DNA of 63,991 nucleotides, the filler included, from Basidioascus undulatus (Eukaryota): NCBI GenBank assembly GCA_000826855.1. It is 5 parts of 5 records of this genome, joined end to end, with 100 filler letters (N's around TTAATTAATTAA, not from the genome) between each part and the next. Parts side by side here need not be neighbours in the genome. Positions count along the whole stretch, not along the records: positions 25,824 to 38,632 come from JTLS01000877.1; positions 38,733 to 51,528 come from JTLS01000878.1; 3 more parts are not named here. One strand, written 5' to 3'. A program made the translations under genes and the position numbers. Below the pieces are notes generated by a model. The model was not told where the DNA came from. It searched no databases and was given only the letters and a program-made list of their open reading frames with translations. Positions within the stretch are counted from its first letter, which is position 1, and every line of letters begins with the position of its first letter. Positions 26,199 through 40,502 of this stretch are shown here, piece after piece.

Positions 26199-26550
26199 TT
26201 CGAGCGAGAGCGAACGAGTGGGTGAGGCAAGGTATTGACGGCGACTTGTCTGACCAGCAGGCGCCGTCCTTTATAATGTTCTGCTCGGAGTCAGGAATGG
26301 ACGCTTGCGGGAGGAATGAAGCGAGTGTGCTGAGAAGGGGCCGAGACAAGTGGTCCAAGACAAACACGACGACTTGCGCACCTGGCCGCCGCGCGTCGAC
26401 TTCCGCTCATGCGCTCCTCGGACTCGCACACACGCACGCGCGGCCGGGAGTTTCTATCAGACGAGAAGGAAAGTTTATCAAAGACGGTTCGCGCAATCCT
26501 CCTACAAAAACACCCGTCCGCGCTCTCAATGCTCCCGCTCGGCGACCTTT

Positions 26551-29209
<2,659 letters not shown>

Positions 29210-32200
29210 CGTGAGGCGGCGGGCAAATGCGAGAGGTGATGGAGAAGGACAAGTGGGAGCGGCGCAGAAGAGTGCTGGCGCTGGCGAGTCGCGGCCGCCT
29301 CGGCCTTGTTCGCTCAACTGGCTCCCTTGCACTTTGGGGTGATTTCATTCAAACGCCGATGACTCCTTGCCCATGCTCCTTACCTGTGTTCTTGTATTTC
29401 CACAGCCATCACCGCAAGAAAAACATTCACGCAGGTATAACGCAACAAACACCTCAAGTTGCAAAAAAGGAGTGCGAAAATCAGAAGCCCACCAATCAGC
29501 GATTGATCCGCCCCCGCCCGCCGTCAAGCCGCACCAAATGCTCGCGCCTCAAGTCCTTTCCGGCTTTTTCCATGCGGTCTGATGCCTTGGAGCAGTCAAC
29601 ACAGGCAACAACTTGCGACCATTCTACAGTGACTGGGTCTGCTGTACATCATTCATACTTTTCCACGGCCTTGGACATGTTTGTGAAGAGTGCGAGCTGG
29701 ACGGCAGATTCCAAACCGCTGTGGCTGTACGCTGTCGCAGTCTTCGTTCCTCAGGTTTGGAAACAGCGGCTACCTGGGGTTCCAGTATACACACCATGAA
29801 AGACACTGGTGGTCAAATTTTTTTAAAGCCTCTTGAGGTTGAGCATCTGAGTTCAAATTGGCTGGCTGTGCTTTGGCGGCATGGAGAAGATTGTAACGCA
29901 GATCGCTGAGATTGACGATCTGCCAAAGTACAAAAGCAGGTCCCATATACTCTTTGAAAAATTTGTGTTTTACTTTTGGCATCCAGTAAATACATGGAAA
30001 CAGTATGAGGTGCATTGTGGGCTCCTGTCGCCAGCAATGGGTAACAGCCGAGCTGGCCAATCTTTTCGGACACGGCCACCTTTCTGAAAAGGCTGACTTC
30101 CGATGCTTACTTTATGCCAGATATATAGAGGTGGACTCGCAATACGAGTACTGAGGCGAGCCGATGCCAAATGAATCAACCCCTAAGCTGGCCGACCCGA
30201 CTGGTTTGGTGAATGGATAGGCCGGATGAGTAGCTCTTACGGCTCGCTACAGGTCACTTTCCGCCCTTGTGAGTAGTTATAGATTAAGACAAATTGAGTA
30301 CAAGCTAACCCCCCAGCGGGTCAACTGCGACCGCAAAAGTCAAATGCTGCCTAACTGGTTCCTTCCTTTCGCAATTCGGGTTCTTTATGCCAATCCGATT
30401 CCATAAAGCCTGCCTTCATAGATAGCCATATTTAGTGCAATATTTGAGCAAGACTCCACCGACGCATTCTGCAAATATACACTTGAAACCTCACGCAAGC
30501 GGCAAGCATTCCCACAATTGCCTCGAGAAGAACTCTCGTCTTTCCTGTCAAGCCCATGGCTCTTGTTAGTCCATAAAAGAAGGAGAGGGTTAGGGGAAGC
30601 AAGGGCGTAAACGAAATGGCAAGGAGTGCATGCGCGCTAACATTGTCGAAACTGCCCCAATGAGAAGGAAGCATGGACGGCCTCGAGCATGCCATCTCCA
30701 ACCGCCTGCCCTACGCTACTCTACCGCTCGAAGAATGACACAAGATAAAACACGGAACCTTTTTCCCCTTCTTAGTCTCCTTAGCCGTTCTCCGCGCCCC
30801 CACTGCCGGCCTTCCAAAGACGGCGGAGCTTCCCAGCTGCCTGCTTTGCATTCCATCACCCAGAATCAGTCTACCGCAATCATTGATGGCTCTCTAGCTA
30901 GATGAGAAGCTGGTATTACCCGCGCAAAGACAAATGTTCTCCCCCTCTCCCCACGGTCCGCATGAGGGACGGTCTGGAGCAGCGGCAGTGGGGAAAGACC
31001 GCTCTGCGCAGAGGTGCGGCTCGCACTCGCAGCTGCGTGTTCGTCTGGTGCGGTGGAAGTTCAAAAGAGTAAACCGCTCGGGGGTCTTTGCGAAGCACCG
31101 CACCATACCAGGCAACCATTGTAGTCCTGTCAAACAGGTTCACTCAACCTTCTTCCCAAGCAGCTCAGCAACTCCCCCTTCCAGATCTTGGACATTGCCG
31201 AGCTCCCAATGAGGAGCTTATACACTCTCCCTTCTCTGATATTATTCCTAGGCATCATCGCCTGGCCGTCGACGATGTGCGCCGTCTCCTCGGGCGAACC
31301 GTCTGAGCGCGGGAAGTGGATGTAATGAACCGCAGCGGAGGAGGGACTAGGCATTTCGTGGACTTTCGAAAGTAGTGGGCGATCAGGATGAAGAGAAAAG
31401 ATGCCTGTGGAGCAGGAGAAGGGTGAGAATGTTCAAGCAGCCGCGGTCAAGGCCGTGAACCCATGCGTTCTTGAGACTAGCATGTGGTTCATGCATGAAT
31501 GGAGCTCCGGACGCGTGTAAGCAGGAGCTCGACCTTACTCACCGCAATGGAAGTTTCGAGTGTTCTGAACATTCGTCTTTATCCAATCCTCTATGGTCTT
31601 TCGTTACCACTCGTGATTCATGATGCATTGTGATCGATCGTGAATTTGGTTCGCAAGCCAACAACGCCTGAGGTGGTGCACGCCGAAATTACTGTATGTC
31701 TGCCAGCTTTGTACACACAGCTGCTTCAGAAACCGGCGGAAACATGGTTTTCCCAAAGGGCTTTGAAGACTTTCAGATTTCCTCTTCATCGAGTCAGAAG
31801 TGTGAGACTGTCCTCAGCAAGGACGATGCGTGATGTGTTTGGGCCAGCCCGAATCGACCACACGGCGGCGCGCCCTTGTCTCCTGCAAGCCATGACACAA
31901 CCAAGCCCTCTGAGTTGTCCGAAAGCTCAGAAGTATCCCAGCGGTGCCGTTTCGGGTGGATCGACCCTCTCTGCTGCCCAACTTCGTTATTTCTTCCTCT
32001 GCAGCCCTCGCATCATGCAGTCGGGTGTGACAGTGTCGTTGGCACTCGAAAGAAACACGACAAAGCCTGGCATGTTACAGATATGTACATCGAACTATCA
32101 ATAATGAGGTACGGGACCATGATCTGAGTTCCAAGTAGGGGGATGGACACCGCAGCAGCTCGTGTCGAGGACCTCGAGGCAAGAAATCCGCCCCAGTCGA

Positions 32201-32594
32201 AAATTACTGTCACTCGGGTTGATCAGACTGAAGAATATAGTTGGTCCCCAGATTAAGTCAAAGAACAAACCGCCTGCCTGTCTTTTGAGTCCGGGCGCAC
32301 CCGGCAGGTTGACAAACAGTTGCGGGCATGCGGCCACACCTACCATCGAGCATCTCCACCACGCCTGTCCACTGGAAGTAGTGGGCTTTCCAAATACTTT
32401 TCGAATTCCAGTGAGGGTGGCCCAGTTCGCTTAGCGCACAGTCGAACTCAACTTGCAGAGAGATAAACCAAAGCTAACGTTGTATGTAGTCTTGAAAAAG
32501 TTTCGGCAAGTCCATAACCAGCTCTCAAGCTTCTGTCATCCCCGACTACGCGACAGCATCCTTAGCGGCTTGGAAACGAACTACCTCTCTCTCC

Positions 32595-33620
32595 TCACGC
32601 AACTACCCATACCCAACCACCCCCATCAGCTTCTTTCTTGATCCTTGCGCAATCCAACGCAGTCGCCAGACTTGCCCGAAACCCACTCCCCACCCTTGTA
32701 TGCGAGCTCCTCCACGCTCTCCGCCCTCCCAAAGCGAGCGGGCTTGGTGCCCCACCCACGCGACTTCGTTTCCGCCCGGCCGCGAGGCTTGCGCGTCGCG
32801 GAGACGGCGGCGAGGGTCTTGTCGGCAAAGGCCTGAAGGATCTCGGGCTTGTGGATGAGGGCGGGCTCGATTGTGCCGAGGAAGTACTGCGGATGACAAT
32901 GGGATGAATCAGCATTCAGCGTGATGGTTGGGTGAGAGCTGAGAGGGGGAGATATGGGCAGCGCACGTAAGGCCCTTTCTCGGCGTCCGAGTCGGGAAAG
33001 ATCACTTCGTGATGGAGGTAGAAGCTGCAGTTGAGCGTTCGGATAACAAAAGCTCAGCGACTAAGCCCATTCAAGGATGGGACTGTGCGGACGTACACCG
33101 ATTTTGGTGTGCTGTCCGCTGCCGGCTTGGAGCCGTGGTCGTTGGAGATGGTTTCGCCTTGAATCACAAAGGATAAGCCAGATGCCGAAGTAGGAGGACA
33201 CAAACGCAGCAGGGACTCACCCTGGAACCACTCCCCGCCCTTGTACTCCAGTAGCCCGACCTTGTCCGCCCTCCCGAAGCGGGCAGGCTTGGTGCCCCAG
33301 CCCCTCGACTTGGTCTCCGCGCGGCCCTCCGGCTTGTACTTGGCCCCGACGATCTCGAGCGTCTTATCTGAGAATGCCTGGAGGACTTCCGGCTTGCGGA
33401 CGAGGGTGGGGTCGATGAGGCCGAGGAAGAACTGCGGTTTGATTCGGGGTATGAGTGTAAGTTATGGGTATAGGTCTCAAACAGGACGGGCAACGCACGT
33501 AAGGACCCTGGAGCTCGCGGGCGAGAGGATAGAACAGCTCGTGGTGAATATAAATCCTGCACACCGGAATTCAGCAACGGTCCTAAAGGGTACAAGGGCC
33601 TGCTGCGCCTATGCGGACAT
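32595..33620 (-). CDS. Uncharacterised protein built from two tandem ~75-aa homologous domains
   Basis: Repeat 1: MIYIHHELFY..QGPY|FFLGLIDPTLVRKPEVLQAFSDKTL..RAETKSRGWGTKPARFGRA..YKGGEWF. Repeat 2: VFYLHHEVIF..KGPY|YFLGTIEPALIHKPEILQAFADKTL..RAETKSRGWGTKPARFGRA..YKGGEWV. Splicing keeps the frame. Confidence 0.75.
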
Positions 33621-36392
33621 GGTAGTGCGGTTGCTGCGTGCTGGAGGAGAATGTGGCGATGATCAGCACTGAGGAGGGGGATGGTGGCAAGAGTACAAGG
33701 GGCTTGACGAGACAGTTTGGCCCAAATGCTCAGCGATAAGGGCTCTGGCAACGATAGGTCCACGACGGCAACGGCGCGAACTGAAGGGAGGCCAGTCCGC
33801 TGCGAGCTGTGTCGGAACGTTTCAGACGCCCCGAGACGGCATGTGCTTTTCTCCGTTCTTGGTCCACATCCAGCCACTGATAAGCATACCCTCATTCAAA
33901 AATACAACCAGCATGGACTTCAGTCTTCTTTGGAATGTAGAAAGGTTTTTAGCGACCTGTAGCACTCGTGAATGCGGCGAGAACCAGGAGGGCCCCGGTC
34001 TGCCTCGCTCTGGTCAGGCTGGCGGCACGCGTGCGCTTGCTGCGCAGACTTCGACTGCAATATTCGGATACTGAGGTAATAGTGACATTTTGAAAGTACT
34101 AGAGAGAATAGTTTTCGATGGATCAACGTCTAAGTGAGCTACATTCGCAGTCCACACAAGCGAACCAACAGCGAAGCGGCCGCATTCCGCTCTCCCGCTC
34201 GTTCTGCCATTCCGAGGGTGACGGAAGGGCAAGTGTAAGGAGGACGGACCGGAGGGAGCCTACCTGATCCAATCCGAGTGACGTTTGATAATAGCATAAA
34301 CTGCTTCCAACATTGGAGGATTGGTGGTGTAATGCTGTGCGCAGTGCGTGATCGCTGTCGATATCGTCCTTTTCGCGGACGTTCCCGCTCAGCTGCTTCT
34401 TCTTGCAGGCTCAGGGACGAAACTTAATGGGATTACAGCCCTACATATACATATTTTTTTACTTAGCTTTCTATTCGGAGCATCCGCTTGAGCGCCAACA
34501 AGCCTGCACGAGCTCGAGGAGCTTTCGATTATCGGCAGGGTGCCAACGACCTGCGTAATGTCGTTCAAAGCCTACGTTGTCTCTGCCTCCCGGTACCGTC
34601 AGGAGGTTCCTAAAGAGACCTTAAGTACATCTCTTCTGTTTTTAATAGCGCTCCTAATTGCTGTCCTGCTTGTGGAGATAGGACCTACGACGTTCGCGAC
34701 GGACGCGGAAGGACGTGCAGAATGCGCGCTCGGGAACTGGATGAAAGAGTTAGAACAGAAGCTAGGAAGGCAAAATGCTAGGAGGCCTGTGGACTAGCAT
34801 GGTAGTGCATTCGAGTACCTCTGGCTTCGAAGTCCAACTTCACTCTCGCGCAGTCACTACTGTCGTCGGCCGCGGCATGCCTTCCGACTGGCGAGGGATT
34901 CGGACCTGCTCATGACAGATAGACTTGGGCAAATACTCAAACAATCAGGCGGTTCAAAGTCACTGTCCATGCGCCCTCAGACCAGCCACCTTTCGTACTC
35001 AACATCCAGCTCAGCGACGCTCAACCACCATGCCGCCTGTTCCCTCCCTTTCCCCAGGGTTCACGATAGTCTGTGTTGCTCAAGGAGGAAAATAAGCTGG
35101 TTCAGCTTACACGAACAGCAAGAGGAGCGATGGTAGGGGAAACAGACTGAAAGTGGCGCAACCCCCCAACCCAGCTGATCGCCGCGATGCGGAAAGCGGC
35201 TCTTGTGTCTTACATCATTTGCCGTACCTACACCTCTGTAGGTGAGGGAGATCAATCAGCGAGACGCTCGGAAAGGGGAGGCGCTTCGTCTGCTGTAAGC
35301 CGCATGCACGCAGTTCAAGTGTGAGGCCTCCCTAGGAGATCTGGGTCTTTCCTTATCCTTTCCTTGAGTTAAGGACAGTGCAGGTAGGGCTCTCTCTCGC
35401 CAAAAGTGTGCGGCCCGGACTTCCAGCACGACGCGCCAGGTAAAAACATGGGGTACACACTCAAGATTCAAAAGACGAGAGCAGGGAGATGTCCAGGTCG
35501 CATCTGAGAACCGTGGGTGTGCAGCGAAGAGGGTGAGTGACCGACTTCGTGTATCTAGAGCTGTCTGAGGAGATGCACCTAAACAAGGCCCTTTGGCTGT
35601 GGCGAAGTCGAGTGGCGACGACGTGGTGAGAGGGAGAAAGCAAGATGGTCCACTTGAACAGGTCACCCTAAATGCTCACCGTACAGACACTTCCGGCTCA
35701 AATTTGAGCAGTTACTGACGCATTGTGGTGTGCCGATATACGCGTGGTAGCCAGATCTTCAAGTTACTCAGGCTGCGCAGCTGTGTCAAAGGGGACCTGA
35801 GCGTGCGCGTTGCTGCATGCGTGCAACGGTTGTCGGCTGAATCACCACGACGCATTAGCACTGGGGGAATGAAGTGAAGGGGATGAACAGGGGAATGGAA
35901 CTGTTTGATGTCCTGTCATTAGTTCCGTGCGAGGCCTGGTCTGCCAGTGCAAGGTGGTGTGCCGTGTCGAAGGTTGTCACGTTAAGTGGGCGGGCAAATG
36001 TGCTTTCTATGCTCGACTTCCCAAATCTGCTTTAAGGAATGCCATTTCGGCCTTCACAAATGGCCGTAACAATTGTCGTTGATGAACAGCTTGCCTGTAG
36101 GTCGTGAGCGCTTGCGCCTTTTTTACCACTTCGCTTCTGACCCATATGCGGCGAGGCTTGGAGTGCCGGAGTGCGTTTCGGAAGCGCACTGCGAGGAACG
36201 GCGCGCACATCGCATTTACGCACTATCGTTTCAGCGCTTATAGCATTTTCTGATGGACGCGGGCGGATGAAGCCTCATGCGTGCTCGAATGCCCGAACCA
36301 ATGTAAATGCCTTAAAATGTGAATGACTGAGGACGGACCTGCAGCGGTTCATCCCCACCCCATCGTCCACATCCGCAGTGTTCACCGCTGCC

Positions 36393-37927
36393 ATGTCGGT
36401 AAAATATTTTCCCAATGAGCTTATCCTGAACATTGTCGTCCTTGCTGTCGAAATCGACTCGCATTCCGCCCAGCCCAACGTGCCAGCGGCACCTCCGCCA
36501 GAACCTCCTCGCCTCGCCTGCCTTCCCCCGATCTCGACCGCACGGCGACGTGACGCGGGAAGCTTGCGTGGATGGCATTGAGAAAGCAAAGGCGCTCGGG
36601 TGTGTTTCTCGGACAGTCAGGGTGAGTCCGGGCCTTCCGCTCCGTCATGGGGAAGGTGTGCAGAGTCGCTCAGGCATGCTTGAAACAGGGATTTCTCGTC
36701 GGCGCCGTCTCGCATCAGCCTATCCTCACAGTCGCGGCGACTCCAAGAGGTGATCGGCTGGCTCGACCGAAATATCGTCAAGCGGGGAAAGTACGGAGTC
36801 TCATCATCAAGTTCGAGCAGGACCTCGGCTGGATCGACATTATGCTGCGTTCCACCGACCTCCGAGCTCGCCTCGGCAACCTCGTCGACATCTCTGGCGA
36901 CCTCTTACCCCTGGACACATACACCCGCGACATTATTCCTCAGCCCGCACTTCTCCCCGGCGTAAGCCTGCGCGTCGACCCCGACGACTACCACATGCTC
37001 ACGGACTTCCGGAATCTCGGGTCGCTGCGGCTCGCAGCCGCTCACAGGAAGTACTCGACGTTCCGCATAGATGGCCCGCTTCACCTTGCCCACCTCCGCG
37101 ACCTGACGCTAGACATCGACAGTGCTCTATTCCCTGGCTGCGACGACTCCTTCGGCCATCAGCCCTGGTTCCCCGCCCTCGAGACGCTCACGTTCAATCG
37201 CCGCAGCCACGCCCCCAGCACGGCACGCCATTTGTCGCGGACATCGGCCGCGGACTTCACTGGGCGCGTGATGGTCCACTCGGACGACCAGAACTTCATC
37301 ATGGACGTCACCCTTTCGCTCCTCCTCATTACCGACCTCGATGATGAGTGGCAGGCCTTGATCGACACCTCGCACCTCCTCCACCTCGTCCGCCGCGCAC
37401 CACCGACTTCGGCCCAGTCCCCTTGCCGCTCGGAGTCGCCGGAACCGATCTCTCCAGCTCCCCCCACGCCGAGCCCGGCCGCCCCCCTGTCGCTCGGAAT
37501 CGAAGTTGAAGGAGGAATACCTGGTAAGTCTGTGATGCTGCCCTGAGCGATCTGATCTTGTGCTAACCTGTATGGATGTGTAGAACCCAAACTTGACTAC
37601 GTGAGCAGCGGTGGCCGACTCCGTCCAGACACTCTACTGACTGCGTTGCCATACACGCGGATACGAGTCGTAAGGCCTTCCCTCATTCCACTTCCGTAAA
37701 GTACTAAATTTCCTTTCAAATTTCCAGCTGACAAAACCCAGTCAAGGGCCGCACATCGACGCAAGGCGATAATAATGATTAGATTATTACTGACGCGACA
37801 GATTTACCCTCCCTAGAACGCTTTCCTGAACCAGGACGATGAGAAATGCCAGACGGCGCTCAAGACCGCTCCGTCCGACTTGATCGGCAGAACGGACTAC
37901 GACGGCGCGTCCGACGCGATCCAGTGA
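36393..37927 (+). pseudogene. F-box-like protein with LRR/RNI-like body, apparent frameshift in first exon
   Basis: MSVKYFPNELILNIVVLA (F-box-like start) ends at TGA 36579-36581. The expected continuation KALGCVSRTVR|ACLKQ is in another frame. Downstream LxxLxL units: FRNLGSLRL, LAHLRDLTLD, FPALETLTF. Confidence 0.45.
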
Positions 37928-38349
37928 AGGGCTGTGGAATCTCATCTGCGGTGGAATATCTGGGTTTGGAGCAGCACTAAAGAGCTATGGACCCTTGCTC
38001 TTTATAGGACAATTTCGGACTTTTACTGTAGACAACGCGCATCGCATGTATGGCCGAACTTGTGCTGCTCGATAGCGTTATGGGAAACCCGCTCGTGCTT
38101 CTTGACCCGCTCGACCTCACAAGCTTGCACCGGTGCCGCGTGCGCAGTCTCACTCGGATTGAGCCTTCCATACAGTTTGTCTCTCAGAAAAAATATTGTA
38201 GACCGAGCACGGCACAGTTTCAAGCCAGTATCAGTGGCAGCCCATAACATTGACAGCCACGCAACAGGCAGAACCAGAACCAGTAAAGAAGCACAGCTGC
38301 AGCCAGGCGCTCGCACCCAGTAATATCCCTCGCCCCTCCCACTACCACC

Positions 38350-38632
38350 TCACTGCGACGCCCCCTCCAGCTCATCCACCTCCTCTTCCTCCTCTTCATC
38401 GTCCCCCGAGCTGATCTCCCCTTCCCTCGCTCCCGCGCTCCTACCACTCCCAAGTGGAAGAAGCGCCTCCCACCCTGGCGAGCCAGCATCGTCGTCCTCC
38501 ATCGGCTGCGAGGGCGACCGCGGAAGTTGAGGAGGAGGAGGAGGAGGCAGCGACCCCAGCGCGTGCGGGATCGCAGAGGAGTACTGCCTTGGCCTTTCGG
38601 GGGCGGGTGGAGGCGGGGAGGGCGAGAGGAGC
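38350..38632 (-). CDS. 3' end of a hypothetical Pro-rich/acidic protein (rest in gap)
   Basis: Open frame ...LPPPPPPQLPRSPSQPMEDDDAGSPGWE...SSGDDEEEEEEVDELEGASQ* with GC-rich coding-like composition. Confidence 0.45.
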
Positions 38633-38732
38633 NNNNNNNNNNNNNNNNNNNNNNNNNNNNNNNNNNNNNNNNNNNNTTAATTAATTAANNNNNNNNNNNN
38701 NNNNNNNNNNNNNNNNNNNNNNNNNNNNNNNN
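38633..38732. other. Artificial contig spacer
   Basis: N44-TTAATTAATTAA-N44. Confidence 0.97.
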
Positions 38733-38803
38733 CTTCGAGATGCATCTCAACTTACCGTGTGCAGCCCACAGCTTGCCAGGCCCCTCTCATCTGCTGCACG
38801 TAG

Positions 38804-39190
38804 CACACGCCACCCGCTCACGCACTCGCCGCCGACCTCGCCTCCAGTCTCACCTCCCACGCAGCGGCGCTCGACCGTTCCGCGCGGTACCTCGCCCTCG
38901 CCCGTTCCCACCTCTCCTCGCCGCTCCTGCGCCGCGCGCTCCCGCAGACGTGGCGACGCTGCGTGGAGAGCGAGGTGCTGTTCGACCCGGAGGGCGGGGC
39001 GGAGCTGGATGTGGATCACCCCGGGGAGAGCGGGTGGGCCTGGCCGCTTTTGGAGGGGGGTGTTGGAGGGATGAGTGGAGTGGGGGCGTGGGCGGTACAC
39101 TTTGTGTGCTTTGCGAGGGCGGCGCTGGAGGAGTGGGCGAGGGCCAGGGGCGCGGAGTTTGGGTTGGAGGAGAGGAGGGGGAGGAGATGA
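38804..39190 (+). CDS. Last exon of a hypothetical protein (5' part lost in gap)
   Basis: After an AG acceptor: HTPPAHALAADLASSL..LPQTWRRCVESEVLFDP..GWAWPLLEGG..WAVHFVCFARAALEEWARARG...*. Confidence 0.45.
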   Translation, partial: HTPPAHALAADLASSLTSHAAALDRSARYLALARSHLSSPLLRRALPQTWRRCVESEVLFDPEGGAELDVDHPGESGWAWPLLEGGVGGMSGVGAWAVHFVCFARAALEEWARARGAEFGLEERRGRR

Positions 39191-39964
39191 AGGGGGTGGG
39201 GATCATGATAGGAGGTGAGGGCGGATGGTATTGGATGGGGCAGGAGATACACCTTCGCAGGGTTTCTAGTCTTCTTCGCATACAGACACTACCCTTCTAT
39301 ACTCACACCCATAACAGCGGCATTGCAGCTCTTCCATCTGCCCCCCACCGCTTTCCACCCCGGTCCCATTCGTCTGCTCTCATCTTCCATCTACCGCATC
39401 CCTTTCCGGTACGAGTATGTGTGCGACACCGTCGCCGAAGGCCCGAACGCTTACTTGATTCGACTCTATATTCCTTGCTTGCTCCTTCTTCCTTACTCCT
39501 CGCACTCTCGTCTGCCATTGTACTAGCATGTCCTGCATGCACTTTTGAATAACGTGGGAGAACCACAGCCTGCGACTACAGTCAGAAGACTCAACGAGCA
39601 GGCTGTCCTAGCCCGCGGAGTGCATCACTCCCACTCTCTCCCTCACATCCCAATGAACCTACAGCGATCCCCACACCCCATCTTTCTCTCCTCTTCCACA
39701 CCTCACCCACTCCCAACACGCCCAACTCTCCTCCCAGTCCAACTCTTCGCTCGGGGCAGCCCTGATCGACAGACGACGCCTGAGCGATCGGGCAGTGACG
39801 TAACAGGCACGCTCTCTCTCTCTCTCGGCCGCCGATCTTCCCCTTCAACCTGCTCGCTCTCCAGCACACGACTTGCTCCTCCATCATCATCCTCATACCC
39901 AGAAGATACCCCGAAATACCCAGGAGATACCACCAGAAAAGATAGAGGGAAGAAGAAGACAAGC

Positions 39965-40458
39965 ATGCCCGACCTCCCCCGCGCGCTCTTCCACGCCTCT
40001 GCCCTCGGGGGGATGCTATGGGGTTGGCTGTTCTTGAAAGGCAGTGCGTTGTCTCCCTCCTCTTCGTCTCTTCTTCTTTTCCGGAACGCTGATAGCTGGT
40101 GGGCGTGGGAACAGCCGAGGTAGACGCGTTCATCGAGAGCCAGGCAGGCGGGCACTCGGCGTTCCTCACTATCTGGGGGCTGTTTGCGGCTATGGGGACG
40201 ATGGGCGTGGCGCTGGTGCATGATCTTGTTCGGGGGCAGTGTAAGTCAATGAGAGGGAGGTGGGGTGAAGGGGTGGATTGCTGAGAAGGGTGGTGAGGTA
40301 GTGGTGCTGGATTTGAAGAGGACGCTGTTGATGGTTGCGCTGCCTATCTCGGTGGAGCGTCCCTGTCCCATCCTTTTCCCAGTTTCAGAACCCGCTGACG
40401 CTCGCGCCGTACACAGGTCGTCTCCTCCATCTATTGGCCCATAATCCTCCTCGCCCCC
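39965..40458 (+). CDS. FAR-17a/AIG1-like membrane protein, 3' truncated
   Basis: MPDLPRALFHASALGGMLWGW; SQAGGHSAFLTIWGL (AIG1/ADTRP catalytic-Thr region); LKRTLLMVALPISV|VVSSIYWPIILLAP, then a GT donor with no further exons. Confidence 0.75.
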
Positions 40459-40502
40459 GTATCTCCCTCCCTCTCTCCCCCCTGCCCCTCTTTCCCTCTT
40501 AC

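Noticed and set aside
29400..32500. Short ORFs upstream of ATP1 as a possible transposon or gene relic
   Set aside because: No transposase, reverse transcriptase or integrase motifs, terminal repeats or recognisable family. Probably eroded sequence that I cannot assign.
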